A stretch of 64,000 nt of DNA. Origin: Lingula anatina. Lineage: Eukaryota; Animalia; Brachiopoda. The notes below the pieces were generated by a model. The model was not told the DNA's origin. It made no database searches and saw only the letters and a list, made by a program, of their open reading frames with translations. How positions within the stretch are numbered: position 1 is the first letter of the stretch; each line of letters starts with the position of its first letter. Position numbers and translations under genes: made by a program. The stretch covers positions 14,406,534 through 14,470,533 of the forward strand of contig CM120644.1 in the NCBI GenBank assembly GCA_051362555.1, in the 5' to 3' direction. Positions 24,301 to 36,700 of this stretch are shown here, piece by piece.

Positions 24301-25020
24301 TGAGAGGGGGGGGAGAGAGAGTTTTTGCTCTATTTCTTCCTTAATGTTGACACAACCACTCTTCCAAAACTTTATTCTTACTACAAAAGACCGAACACAC
24401 CTACCTGACACTATAATGAAGAAAAAAAATTTTCATCCCTACCTGGCCAAAATTGAAGAAATCTCACAGTGCCGGCACTGTTCAAAATCACTCAAAATCA
24501 CCAAAAATCGACCCGTCTCCGATTTTTCCAAAAAGTGACCAAAATCAATCTACCACACCTGTCATTCATAAAAAATGTGGAAACGCACCCGGGTCACTTC
24601 ATCAAGGCCCCCAATTCTAGCTTTAAAGATGATCCAAAAATAAGCTCTGAGAACAGAATCTGAGAGGGGGGGGGGGAGACAGAGTTTTTGCTCTATATCT
24701 TCCTTAATGTTGACACCACCACTCTTCCAGCACTTTATTCTTACTACAAATGACCGAACACACCTACCTGACACTATAATGAAGAAAAAAAATTTTCATC
24801 GCTACCTGGCCAAAATTGAAGAAATCTCACAGTGCAGGCACTGATCAAAATCACTCAAAATCACCAAAAATTGACCCGTCTCCGATTTTTCCAAAAAGTG
24901 ACGAAAATCAATCTACCTCACCTGTCATTCATAAAAAATGTGGAAACGCGCCCGGGTCACTTCATCAAGGCCCCCAATTCTAGCTTTAAAGATGATCCAA
25001 AAATAAGCTCTGAGAACAGA
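21380..25020. repeat. Higher-order repeat: 5-mer (~1.82 kb) x2
   Basis: Variant monomers pair at 21435/23256 (GTAAACTCGCC), 22522/24344 (ACAACC, CCAAAAC, ACAAAAGACC) and 23010/24832 (TGCAGG, CTGATC). Confidence 0.9.
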
Positions 25021-28000
25021 ATCTGAGAGGGGGGGGGGGAGACATAGTTTTTGCTCTATATCTTCCTTAATGTTGACACCACCACTCTTCCAGCACTTTA
25101 TTCTTACTACAAATGACCGAACACACCTACATGACACTATAATGAAGAAAAAAAATTTTCATCCCTACCTGGCCAAAATTGAAGAAATCTCACAGTGCCG
25201 GCACTGTTCAAAATCACTCAAAATCACCAAAAATCGACCCGTCTCCGATTTTTCCAAAAAGTGACGAAAATCAATCTACCACACCTGTCATTCATAAAAA
25301 ATGTGGAAACGCACCCGGGTCACTTCATCAAGGCCCCCAATTCTAGCTTTAAAGATGATCCAAAAATAAGCCCTGAGAACAGAATCTGAGAGGGGGGGAG
25401 ACAAAGTTTTTGCTCTATTTCTTCCTTAATGTTGACACCACCACTCTTCCAGCACTTTATTCTTACTACAAATGACCGAAAACACCTACATGACACTATA
25501 ATGAAGAAAAAATTGTTCATCCCTACCTGGCCAAAATTGAAGAAATCTCACAGTGCAGGCACTGATCAAAATCACTCAAAATCACCAAAAATTGACCCGT
25601 CTCCGATTTTTCCAAAAAGTGACAAAAATCAATCTACCACACCTGTCATTCATAAAAAATGTGGAAACGCGCCCGGGTCACTTCATCAAGGCCCCCAATT
25701 CTAGCTTTAAAGATGATCCAAAAAAAAGCTCTGAGAACAGAATCTGAGAGGGGGGGGGGGAGCGAGAGTTTTTGCTATATTTCTTCCTTAATGTTGACAC
25801 CACCACTCTTCCAGCACTTTATTCTTACTACAAATGACCGAACACATCTACCTGACACTATAAGGAAGAAAAAAAATTTTCATCCCTACCTGGCCAAAAT
25901 TGAAGAAATCTCACAGTGCCGGCACTGTTCAAAATCACTCAAAATCACCAAAAATCGACCCGTCTCCGATTTTTCCAAAAAGTGACGAAAATCAATCTAC
26001 CACACCTGTCATTCATAAAAAATGTGGAAACGCGCCCGGGTCACTTCATCAAAGCCCCCAATTCTAGCTTTAAAGATGATCCAAAAATAAGCTCTGAGAA
26101 CAGAATCTGAGAGGGGGGGGGAGAGAGAGTTTTTGCTCTATTTCTTCCTTAATGTTGACACCACCACTCTTCCAGCACTTTATTCTTACTAAAAATGACC
26201 GAACACACCTACCTGACACTATAATGAAGAAAAAAAAATTTCATCCCTACCTGGCCAAAATTGAAGAAATCTCACAGTGCCGGCACTGTTCAAAATCACT
26301 CAAAATCACCAAAAATCGACCCGTCTCCGATTTTTCCAAAAAGTGACTAAAATCAATCTACCACACCTGTCATTCATAAAAAATGTGGAAACGCGCCCGG
26401 GTCACTTCATCAAGGCCCCCAATTCTAGCTTTAAAGATAATCCAAAAATAAGCTCTGAGAACAGAATCTGAGAGGGGGGGGGGGAGAGAGAGTTTTTGCT
26501 CTATTTCTTCCTTAATGTTGACACCACCACTCTTCCAGCACTTTATTCTTACTACAAATGACCGAACACACCTACCTGACACTATAATGAAGAAAAAAAT
26601 TTTCATCCCTACCTGGCCAAAATTGAAGAAATCTCACAGTGCCGGCACTGTTCAAAATCACTCAAAATCACCAAAAATCGACCCGTCTCCGATTTTTCCA
26701 AAAAGTGACGAAAATCAATCTACCACACCTGTCATTCATAAAAAATGTGGAAACGCGCCCGGGTCACTTCATCAAGACCCCCAATTCTAGCTTTAAAGAT
26801 GATCCAAAAATAAGCTCTGAGAACAGAATCTGAGAGGGGGGGGAGAGAGAGTTTTTGCTCTATTTCTTCCTTAATGTTGACACCACCACTCTTCCAGCAC
26901 TTTATTCTTACTACAAATGACCGAACAGACCTACCTGACACTATAATGAAGAAAAAAAATTTTCATCCCTACCTGGCCAAAATTGAAGAAATCTCACAGT
27001 GCCGGCACTGTTCAAAATCACTCAAAATCACCAAAAATCAACCCGTCTCCGATTTTTCCAAAAAGTGACGAAAATCAATCTACCACACCTGTCATTCATA
27101 AAAAATGTGGAAACGCGCCCGGGTCACTTCATCAAGGCCCCCAATTCTAGCTTTAAAGATGATCCAAAAATAAGCTCTGAGAACAGAATCTGAGAGGGGG
27201 GGGGGAGAGAGAGTTTTTGCTCTATTTCTTCCTTAATGTTGACACCACCACTCTTCCAGCACTTTATTCTTACTACAAATGACCGAACACACCTACCTGA
27301 CACTATAATGAAGAAAAAAAATTTTCATCCCTACCTGGCCAAAATTGAAGAAATCTCACAGTGCCGGGACTGTTCAAAATCACTCAAAATCACCAAAAAT
27401 CGACCCGTCTCCGATTTTTCCAAAAAGTGACTAAAATCAATCTACCACACCTGTCATTCATAAAAAATGTGGAAACGCGCCCGGGTCACTTCATCAAGGC
27501 CCCCAATTCTAGCTTTAAAGATGATCCAAAAATAAGCTCTGAGAACAGAATCTGAGAGGGGGGGGGGGGAGAGAGAGTTTTTGCTCTATTTCTTCCTTAA
27601 TGTTGACACCACCACTCTTCCAGCACTTAATTCTTACTACAAATGACCGAACACACCTACCTGACACTATAATGAAGAAAAAAATTTTTCATCCCTACCT
27701 GGCCAAAATTGAAGAAATCTCACAGTGCCGGCACTGTTCAAAATCACTCAAAATCACCAAAAATCGACCCGTCTCCGATTTTTCCAAAAAGTGACGAAAA
27801 TCAATCTACCACATCTGTCATTCATAAAAAATGTGGAAACGCGCCCGGGTCACTTCATCAAGACCCCCAATTCTAACTTTAAAGATGATCCAAAAATAAG
27901 CTCTGAGAACAGAATCTGAGAGGGGGGGGAGAGAGAGTTTTTGCTCTATTTCTTCCTTAATGTTGACACCACCACTCTTCCAGCACTTTATTCTTACTAC

Positions 28001-31000
28001 AAATGACCGAACACACCTACCTGACACTATAATGAAGAAAAAAAATTTTCATCCCTACCTGGCCAAAATTGAAGAAATCTCACAGTGCCGGCACTGTTAA
28101 AAATCACTCAAAATCACCAAAAATCAACCCGTCTCCGATTTTTCCAAAAAGTGACGAAAATCAATCTACCACACCTGTCATTCATAAAAAATGTGGAAAC
28201 GCGCCCGGGTCACTTCATCAAGGCCCCCAATTCTAGCTTTAAAGATGATCCAAAAATAAGCTCTGAGAACAGAATCTGAGAGGGGGGGGGAGAGAGAGTT
28301 TTTGCTCTATTTCTTCCTTAATGTTGACACCACCACTCTTCCAGTACTTTATTCTTACTACAAATGACCGAACACACCTACCTGACACTATAATGAAGAA
28401 AAAAAATTTTCATCCCTACCTGGCCAAAATTGAAGAAATCTCACAGTGCCGGCACTGTTCAAAATCACTCAAAATCACCAAAAATCGACCCGTCTCCGAT
28501 TTTTCCAAAAAGTGACGAAAATCAATCTACCACACCTGTCATTCATAAAAAATGTGGAAACGCGCCCGGGTCACTTCATCAAGGCCCCCAATTCTAGCTT
28601 TAAAGATGATCCAAAAAATAAGCTCTGAGAGCAGAATCTGAGAGGGGGGGGGGGGGGAGAGAGAGTTTTTGCTCTATTTCTTCCTTAATGTTGACACCAC
28701 CACTTTTCCAGCACTTTATTCTTACTACAAATGACCGAACACACCTACCTGACACTATAATGAAGAAAAAAATTTTTCATCCCTACCTGGCCAAAATTGA
28801 AGAAATCTCACAGTGCCGGCACTGTTCAAAATCACTCAAAATCACCAAAAATCGACCCGTCTCCGATTTCTCCAAAAAGTGACTAAAATCAATCTACCAC
28901 ACCTGTCATTCATAAAAAATGTGGAAACGCGCCCGGGTTACTTCATCAAGGCCCCCAATTCTAGCTTTAAAGATGATCCAAAAATAAGCTCTGAGAACAG
29001 AATCTGAGAGGGGGGGGGGGAGAGAGAGTTTTTGCTCTATTTCTTCCTTAATGTTGACACCACCACTCTTCCAGCACTTAATTCTTACTACAAATGACCG
29101 AACACACCTACCTGACACTATAATGAAGAAAAAAAATTTTCATCCCTACCTGGCCAAAATTGAAGAAATCTCACAGTGCCGGCACTGTTCAAAATCACTC
29201 AAAATCACCAAAAATCGACCTGTCTCCGATTTTTCCAAAAAGTGACGAAAATCAATCTACCACACCTGTCATTCATAAAAAATGTGGAAACGCGCCCGGG
29301 TCACTTCATCAAGGCCCCCAATTCTAGCTTTAAAGATGATCCAAAAAATAAGCTCTGAGAGCAGAATCTGAGAGGGGGGGGGGGGGGAGAGAGAGTTTTT
29401 GCTCTATTTCTTCCTTAATGTTGACACCACCACTTTTCCAGCACTTTATTCTTACTACAAATGACCGAACACACCTACCTGACACTATAATGAAGAAAAA
29501 AATTTTTCATCCCTACCTGGCCAAAATTGAAGAAATCTCACAGTGCCGGCACTGTTCAAAATCACTCAAAATCACCAAAAATCGACCCGTCTCCGATTTT
29601 TCCAAAAAGTGACTAAAATCAATCTACCACACCTGTCATTCATAAAAAATGTGGAAACGCGCCCGGGTCACTTCATCAAGGCCCCCAATTCTAGCTTTAA
29701 AGATGATCCAAAAATAAGCTCTGAGAACAGAATCTGAGAGGGGGGGGGGGGGAGAGAGAGTTTTTGCTCTATTTCTTCCTTAATGTTGACACCACCACTC
29801 TTCCAGCACTTAATTCTTACTACAAATGACCGAACACACCTACCTGACACTATAATGAAGAAAAAAAATTTTCATCCCTACCTGGCCAAAATTGAAGAAA
29901 TCTCACAGTGCCGGCACTGTTCAAAATCACTCAAAATCACCAAAAATCGACCCGTCTCCGATTTTGCCAAAAAGTGACGAAAATCAATCTACCACACCTG
30001 TCATTCATAAAAAATGTGGAAACGCGCCCGGGTCACTTCATCAAGACCCCCAATTCTAGCTTTAAAGATGATCCAAAAATAAGCTCTGAGAACAGAATCT
30101 GAGAGGGGGGGGAGAGAGAGTTTTTGCTCTATTTCTTCCTTAATGTTGACACCACCACTCTTCCAGCACTTTATTCTTACTACAAATGACCGAACACACC
30201 TACCTGACAGTATAATGAAGAAAAAAAATTTTCATCCCTACCTGGCCAAAATTGAAGAAATCTCACAGTGCCGGCACTGTTCAAAATCACTCAAAATCAC
30301 CAAAAATCGACACGTCTCCGATTTTTCCAAAAAGTGACGAAAATCAATCTACCACACCTGTCATTCATAAAAAATTTGGAAACGCACCCGGGTCACTTCA
30401 TCAAGGCCCCCAATTCTAGCTTTAAAGATGATCCAAAAATAAGCTCTGAGAACAGAATCTGAGAGGGGGGGGGGAGAGAGAGTTTTTGCTCTATTTCTTC
30501 CTTAATGTTGACACCACCACTCTTCCAGCACCTTATTCTTACTACAAATGACCGAACACACCTACCTGACACTATAATGAAGAAAAAAAATTTTCATCCC
30601 TACCTGGCCAAAATTGAAGAAATCTCACAGTGCCGGCACTGTTCAAAATCACTCAAAATCACCAAAAATCGACCCGTCTCCGATTTTTCCAAAAAGTGAC
30701 CAAAATCAATCTACCACACCTGTCATTCATAAAAAATGTGGAAACGCGCCGGGGTCACTTCATCAAGGCCCCCAATTCTAGCTTTAAAGATGATCCAAAA
30801 ATAAGCTCTGAGAACAGAATCTGAGAGGGGGGGGGGAGAGAGAGTTTTCGCTCTATTTCTTCCTTAATGTTGACACCACCACTCTTCCAGCACTTTATTC
30901 TTACTACAAATGACCGAACACACCTACCTGACACTATGATGAAGAAAAAAAATTTTCATCCCTACCTGGCCAAAATTGAAGAAATCTCACAGTGCCGGCA

Positions 31001-33719
31001 CTGTTCAAAATCACTCAAAATCACCAAAATCGACCCGTCTCCGATTTTTCCAAAAAGTGACGAAAATCAATCTACCACACCTGTCATTCATAAAAAATGT
31101 GGAAACGCGCCCGGGTCACTTCATCAAGGCCCCCAATTCTAGCTTTAAAGATGATCCAAAAATAAGCTCTGAGAACAGAATCTGAGAGGGGGGGGGGGGG
31201 AGAGAGAGTTTTTGCTCTATTTCTTCCTTAATGTTGACACCACCACTCTTCCAGCACTTTATTCTTACTACAAATGACCGAACACACCTACCTGACACTA
31301 TGATGAAGAAAAAAAAATTTCATCCCTACCTGGCCAAAATTGAAGAAATCTCACAGTGCCGGCACTGTTCAAAATCACTCAAAATCACCAAAAATCGACC
31401 CGTCTCCGATTTTTCCAAAAAGTGACGAAAATCAATCTACCACACCTGTCATTCATAAAAAATGTGGAAACGCGCCCGGGTCACTTCATCAAGGCCCCCA
31501 ATTCTAGCTTTAAAGATGATCCAAAAATAAGCTTTGAGAACAGAATCTGAGAGGGGGGGGGGGAGAGAGAGAGTTTTTGCTCTATTTCTTCCTTAATGTT
31601 GACACCACCACTCTTCCAGCACTTTATTCTTACTACAAATGACCGAACACACCTACCTGACAGTATAATGAAGAAAAAAAATTTTCATCCCTATCTGGCC
31701 AAAATTGAAGAAATCTCACAGTGCCGGCACTGATCAAAATCACTCAAAAACACCAAAAATCGACCCGTCTCCGATTTTTCCAAAAAGTGACGAAAATCAA
31801 TTTACCACACCTGTAATTCATAAAAAATATGAAGAAACGCGCCCGGGTCACTTCATCAAGGCCCCCAATTCTAGCTTTAAAGATTATCCAAAAATAAGCT
31901 CTGAGAACAGAATCTGAGAGGGGGGGGGGGAGAGAGAGAGTTTTTGCTCTTTGTCTTCCTTAATGTTGACACCACCACTCTTCCAGCACTTTATTCTTTC
32001 TACAAATGACCGAACACACCTACCTGACACTATAATGAAGTAAAAAATTTTCATCCCTACCTGGCCAAAATTGAAGAAATCTCACAGTGCCGGCACTGAT
32101 CAAAATCACTCAAAATCACCAAAAATCGACCCGTCTCCGATTTTTCCAAAAAGTGACGAAAATCAATCTACCACACCTGTCATTCATAAAAAATGTGGAA
32201 ACGCGCCCGGGTCACTTCATCAAGGCCCCCAATTCTAGCTTTAAAGATGATCCAAAAATAAGCTCTGAGAACAGAATCTGAGAGGGGGGGGGAGACAGAG
32301 TTTTTGATCTATTTCTTCCTTAATGTTGACACCACCACTCTTCCAGCACTTTATTCTTACTACAAATGACCGAACACACCTACATGACACTATAATGAAG
32401 AAAAAAAATTTTCATCCCTACCTGGCCAAAATTGAAGAAATCTCACAGTGCCGGCACTGTTCAAAATCACTCAAAATCACCAAAAATCGACCCGTCTCCG
32501 ATTTTTCCAAAAAGTGACGAAAATCAATCTACCACACCTGTCATTCATAAAAAATGTGGAAACACGCCCGGGTCACTTCATCAAGACCCCCAATTCTAGC
32601 TTTTAAGATGATCCAAAAATAAGCCCTGATAACAGAATCTGAGAGGGGGGGGGGGAGACAGAGTTTTTGCTCTATTTCTTCCTTAATGTTGACACCACCA
32701 CTCTTCCAGCACTTTATTCTTTCTACAAATGACCGAACACACCTACCTGACACTATAATGAAGAAAAAAATTTTCATCCCTACCTGGCCAAAATTGAAGA
32801 AATCTCACAGTGCCGGCACTGATCAAAATCACTCAAAATCACCAAAAATCGACCCGTCTCCGATTTTTCCAAAAAGTGACGAAAATCAATCTACCACACC
32901 TGTCATTCATAAAAAATGTGGAAACGCGCCCGGGTCACTTCATCAAGGCCCCCAATTCTAGCTTTAAAGATGATCCAAAAATAAGCCCTGAGAACAGAAT
33001 CTGAGAGGGGGGGAGACAAAGTTTTTGCTCTATATCTTCCTTAATGTTGACACCACCACTCTTCCAGCACTTTATTCTTACTACAAATGACCGAACACAC
33101 CTACCTGACACTATAATGAAGAAAAAAAATTTTCATCCCTACCTGGCCAAAATTGAAGAAATCTCACAGTGCAGGCACTGATCAAAATCACTAAAAATCA
33201 CCAAAAATTGACCCGTCTCCGATTTTTCCAAAAGTGACGAAAATCAATCTACCACACCTGTCATTCATAAAAAATGTGGAAACGCGCCCGGGTCACTTCA
33301 TCAAGGCCCCCAATTCTAGCTTTAAAGATGATCCAAAAATAAGCTCTGAGAACAGAATCTGAGAGGGGGGGGGGAGAGAGAGTTTTTGCTCTTTTTCTTC
33401 CTTAATGTTGACACCACCACTCTTCCAGCACTTTATTCTTCCTACAAATGACCGAACACACCTACCTGACAGTATAATGAAGAAAAAAAATTTTCATCCC
33501 TACCTGACCAAAATTGAAGAAATCTCACAGTGCCGGCACTGTTCAAAATCACTCAAAATCACCAAAAATCGACCCGTCTCCGATTTTTCCAAAAAGTGAC
33601 GAAAATCAATCTACCACACCTGTCATTCATAAAAAATGTGGAAACGCGCCCGGGTCACTTCATCAAGGCCAACAATTCTAGCTTTAAAGATGATCCAAAA
33701 ATAAGCTCTAAGAAGAGAA

Positions 33720-36700
33720 TCTGAGAGGGGGGGGGGAGAGAGAGTTTTTGCTCTATTTCTTCCTCAATGTTGACACCACCACTCTTCCAGCACTTTATTC
33801 TTACTACAAATGACCAAACACACCTACCTGACACTATAATGAAGAAAAAAAATTTTCATCCCTACCTGGCCAAAATTGAAGAAATCTCACAGTGCCGGCA
33901 CTGATCAAAATCACTCAAAATCACCAAAAATTGACCCGTCTCCGATTTTTCCAAAAGTGACGAAAATCAATCTACCTCACCTGTCATTCATAAAAAATGT
34001 GGAAACGCGCCCGGGTCACTTCATCAAGGCCCCCAATTCTAGCTTTAAAGATGATCCAAAAATAAGCTCTGAGAACAGAATTTGAGAGGGGGGGGAGGGG
34101 AGAGAGAGTTTTTGCTCTTTTTCTTCCTTAATGTTGACACCACCACTCTTCCAGCACTTTATTCTTCCTACAAATGACCGAACACACCTACCTGACAGTA
34201 TAATGAAGAAAAAAAATTTTCATCCCTACCTGACCAAAATTGAAGAAATCTCACAGTGCCGGCACTGTTCAAAATCACTCAAAATCACCAAAAATCGACC
34301 CGTCTCCGATTTTTCCAAAAAGTGACGAAAATCAATCTACCACACCTGTCATTCATAAAAAATGTGGAAACGCGCCCGGGTCACTTCATCAAGGCCCCCA
34401 ATTCTAGCTTTAAAGATGATCCAAAAATAAGCTCTAAGAAGAGAATCTGAGAGGGGGGGGGGGGAGAGAGAGTTTTTGCTCTATTTCTTCCTCAATGTTG
34501 ACACCACCACTCTTCCAGCACTTTATTCTTACTACAAATGACCGAACACACCTACCTGACACTATAATGAAGAAAAAAAATTTTCATCCCTACCTGGCCA
34601 AAATTGAAGAAATCTCACAGTGCCGGCACTGTTCAAAATCACTCAAAATCACCAAAAATCGACCCGTCTCCGATTTTTCCAAAAAGTGACGAAAATCAAT
34701 CTACCACACCTGTCATTCATAAAAAATGTGGAAATGCGCCCGGGTCACTTCATCAAGGCCCCCAATTCTACCTATAAAGATGATCCAAAAATAAGCTCTG
34801 AGAACAGAATCTGAGAGGGGGGGGGGGAGAGAGAGTTTTTGCTCTTTTTCTTCCTTAATGTTGACACCACCACTCTTCCAGCACTTTATTCTTTCTACAA
34901 ATGACCGAACACACCTACCTGACACTATAATGAAGAAAAAAAATTTTCATCCCTACCTGACCAAAATTGAAGAAATCTCACAGTGCCGGCACTGTTCAAA
35001 ATCACTCAAAATCACCAAAAATCGACCCGTCTCCGATTTTTCCAAAAAGTGACGAAAATCATTCTACCACACCTGTCATTCATAAAAAATGTGGAAACGC
35101 GCCCGGGTCACTTCATCAAGGCCCCCAATTCTAGCTTTAAAGATGATCCAAAAATAAGCTCTGAGAACAGAATCTGAGAGGGGGGGGGGGGAGACAGAGT
35201 TTTTGCTCTATTTCTTCCTTAATGTTGACACCACCACTCTTCCAGCACTTTATTCTTACTACAAATGACCGAACACACCTACATGACACTATAATGAAGA
35301 AAAAAAATTTTCATCCCTACCTGGCCAAAATTGAAGAAATCTCACAGTGCCGGCACTGTTCAAAATCACTCAAAATCACCAAAAATCGACCCGTCTCCGA
35401 TTTTTCCAAAAAGTGACGAAAATCAATCTACCACACCTGTCATTCATAAAAAATGTGGAAACGCGCCCGGGTCACTTCATCAAGGCCCCCAATTCTAGCT
35501 TTAAAGATGATCCAAAAATAAGCTCTGAGAACAGAATCTGAGAGGGGGGGGGGGGGAGACAGAGTTTTTGCTCTATTTCTTCCTTAATGTTGACACCACC
35601 ACTCTTCCAGCACTTTATTCTTACTACAAATGACCGAACACACCTACATGACACTATAATGAAGAAAAAAAATTTTCATCCCTACCTGGCCAAAATTGAA
35701 GAAATCTCACAGTGCCGGCACTGTTCAAAATCACTCAAAATCACCAAAAATCGACCCGTCTCCGATTTTTCCAAAAAGTGACGAAAATCAATCTACCACA
35801 CCTGTCATTCATAAAAAATGTGGAAACGCGCCCGGGTCACTTCATCAAGGCCCCCAATTTTAGCTTTAAAGATGATCCAAAAATAAGCCCTGAGAACAGA
35901 ATCTGAGAGGGGGGGAGACAAAGTTTTTGCTCTATTTCTTCCTTAATGTTGACACCACCACTCTTCCAGCACTTTATTCTTACTACAAATGACCGAACAC
36001 ACCTACATGACACTATAATGAAGAAAAAATTTTTCATCCCTACCTGGCCAAAATTGAAGAAATCTCACAGTGCAGGCACTGATCAAAATCACTCAAAATC
36101 ACCAAAAATTGACCCGTCTCCGATTTTTCCAAAAAGTGACGAAAATCAATCTACCACACCTGTCATTCATAAAAAATGTGGAAACGCGCCCGGGTCACTT
36201 CATCAAGGCCCCCAATTCTAGCTTTAAAGATGATCCAAAAATAAGCTCTGAGAACAGAATCTGAGAGGGGGGGGAGAGAGAGTTTTTGCTCTATTTCTTC
36301 CTTAATGTTGACACCACCACTCTTCCAGCACTTTATTCTTCCTACAAATGACCAAACACACCTACCTGACAGTATAATGAAGAAAAAAAATTTTCATCCC
36401 TACCTGATCAAAATTGAAGAAATCTCACAGTGCCGGCACTGTTCAAAATCACTCAAAATCACCAAAAATCGACCCGTCTCCGATTTTTCCAAAAAGTGAC
36501 GAAAATCAATCTACCACACCTGTCATTCATAAAAAATGTGGAAACGCGCCCGGGTCACTTCATCAAGGCCCCCAATTCTAGCTTTAAAGATGATCCAAAA
36601 ATAAGCTCTGAGAACAGAATCTGAGAGGGGGGGGGAGAGAGAGTTTTTGCTCTATTTCTTCCTTAATGTTGACACCACCACTCTTCCAGCACTTTATTCT

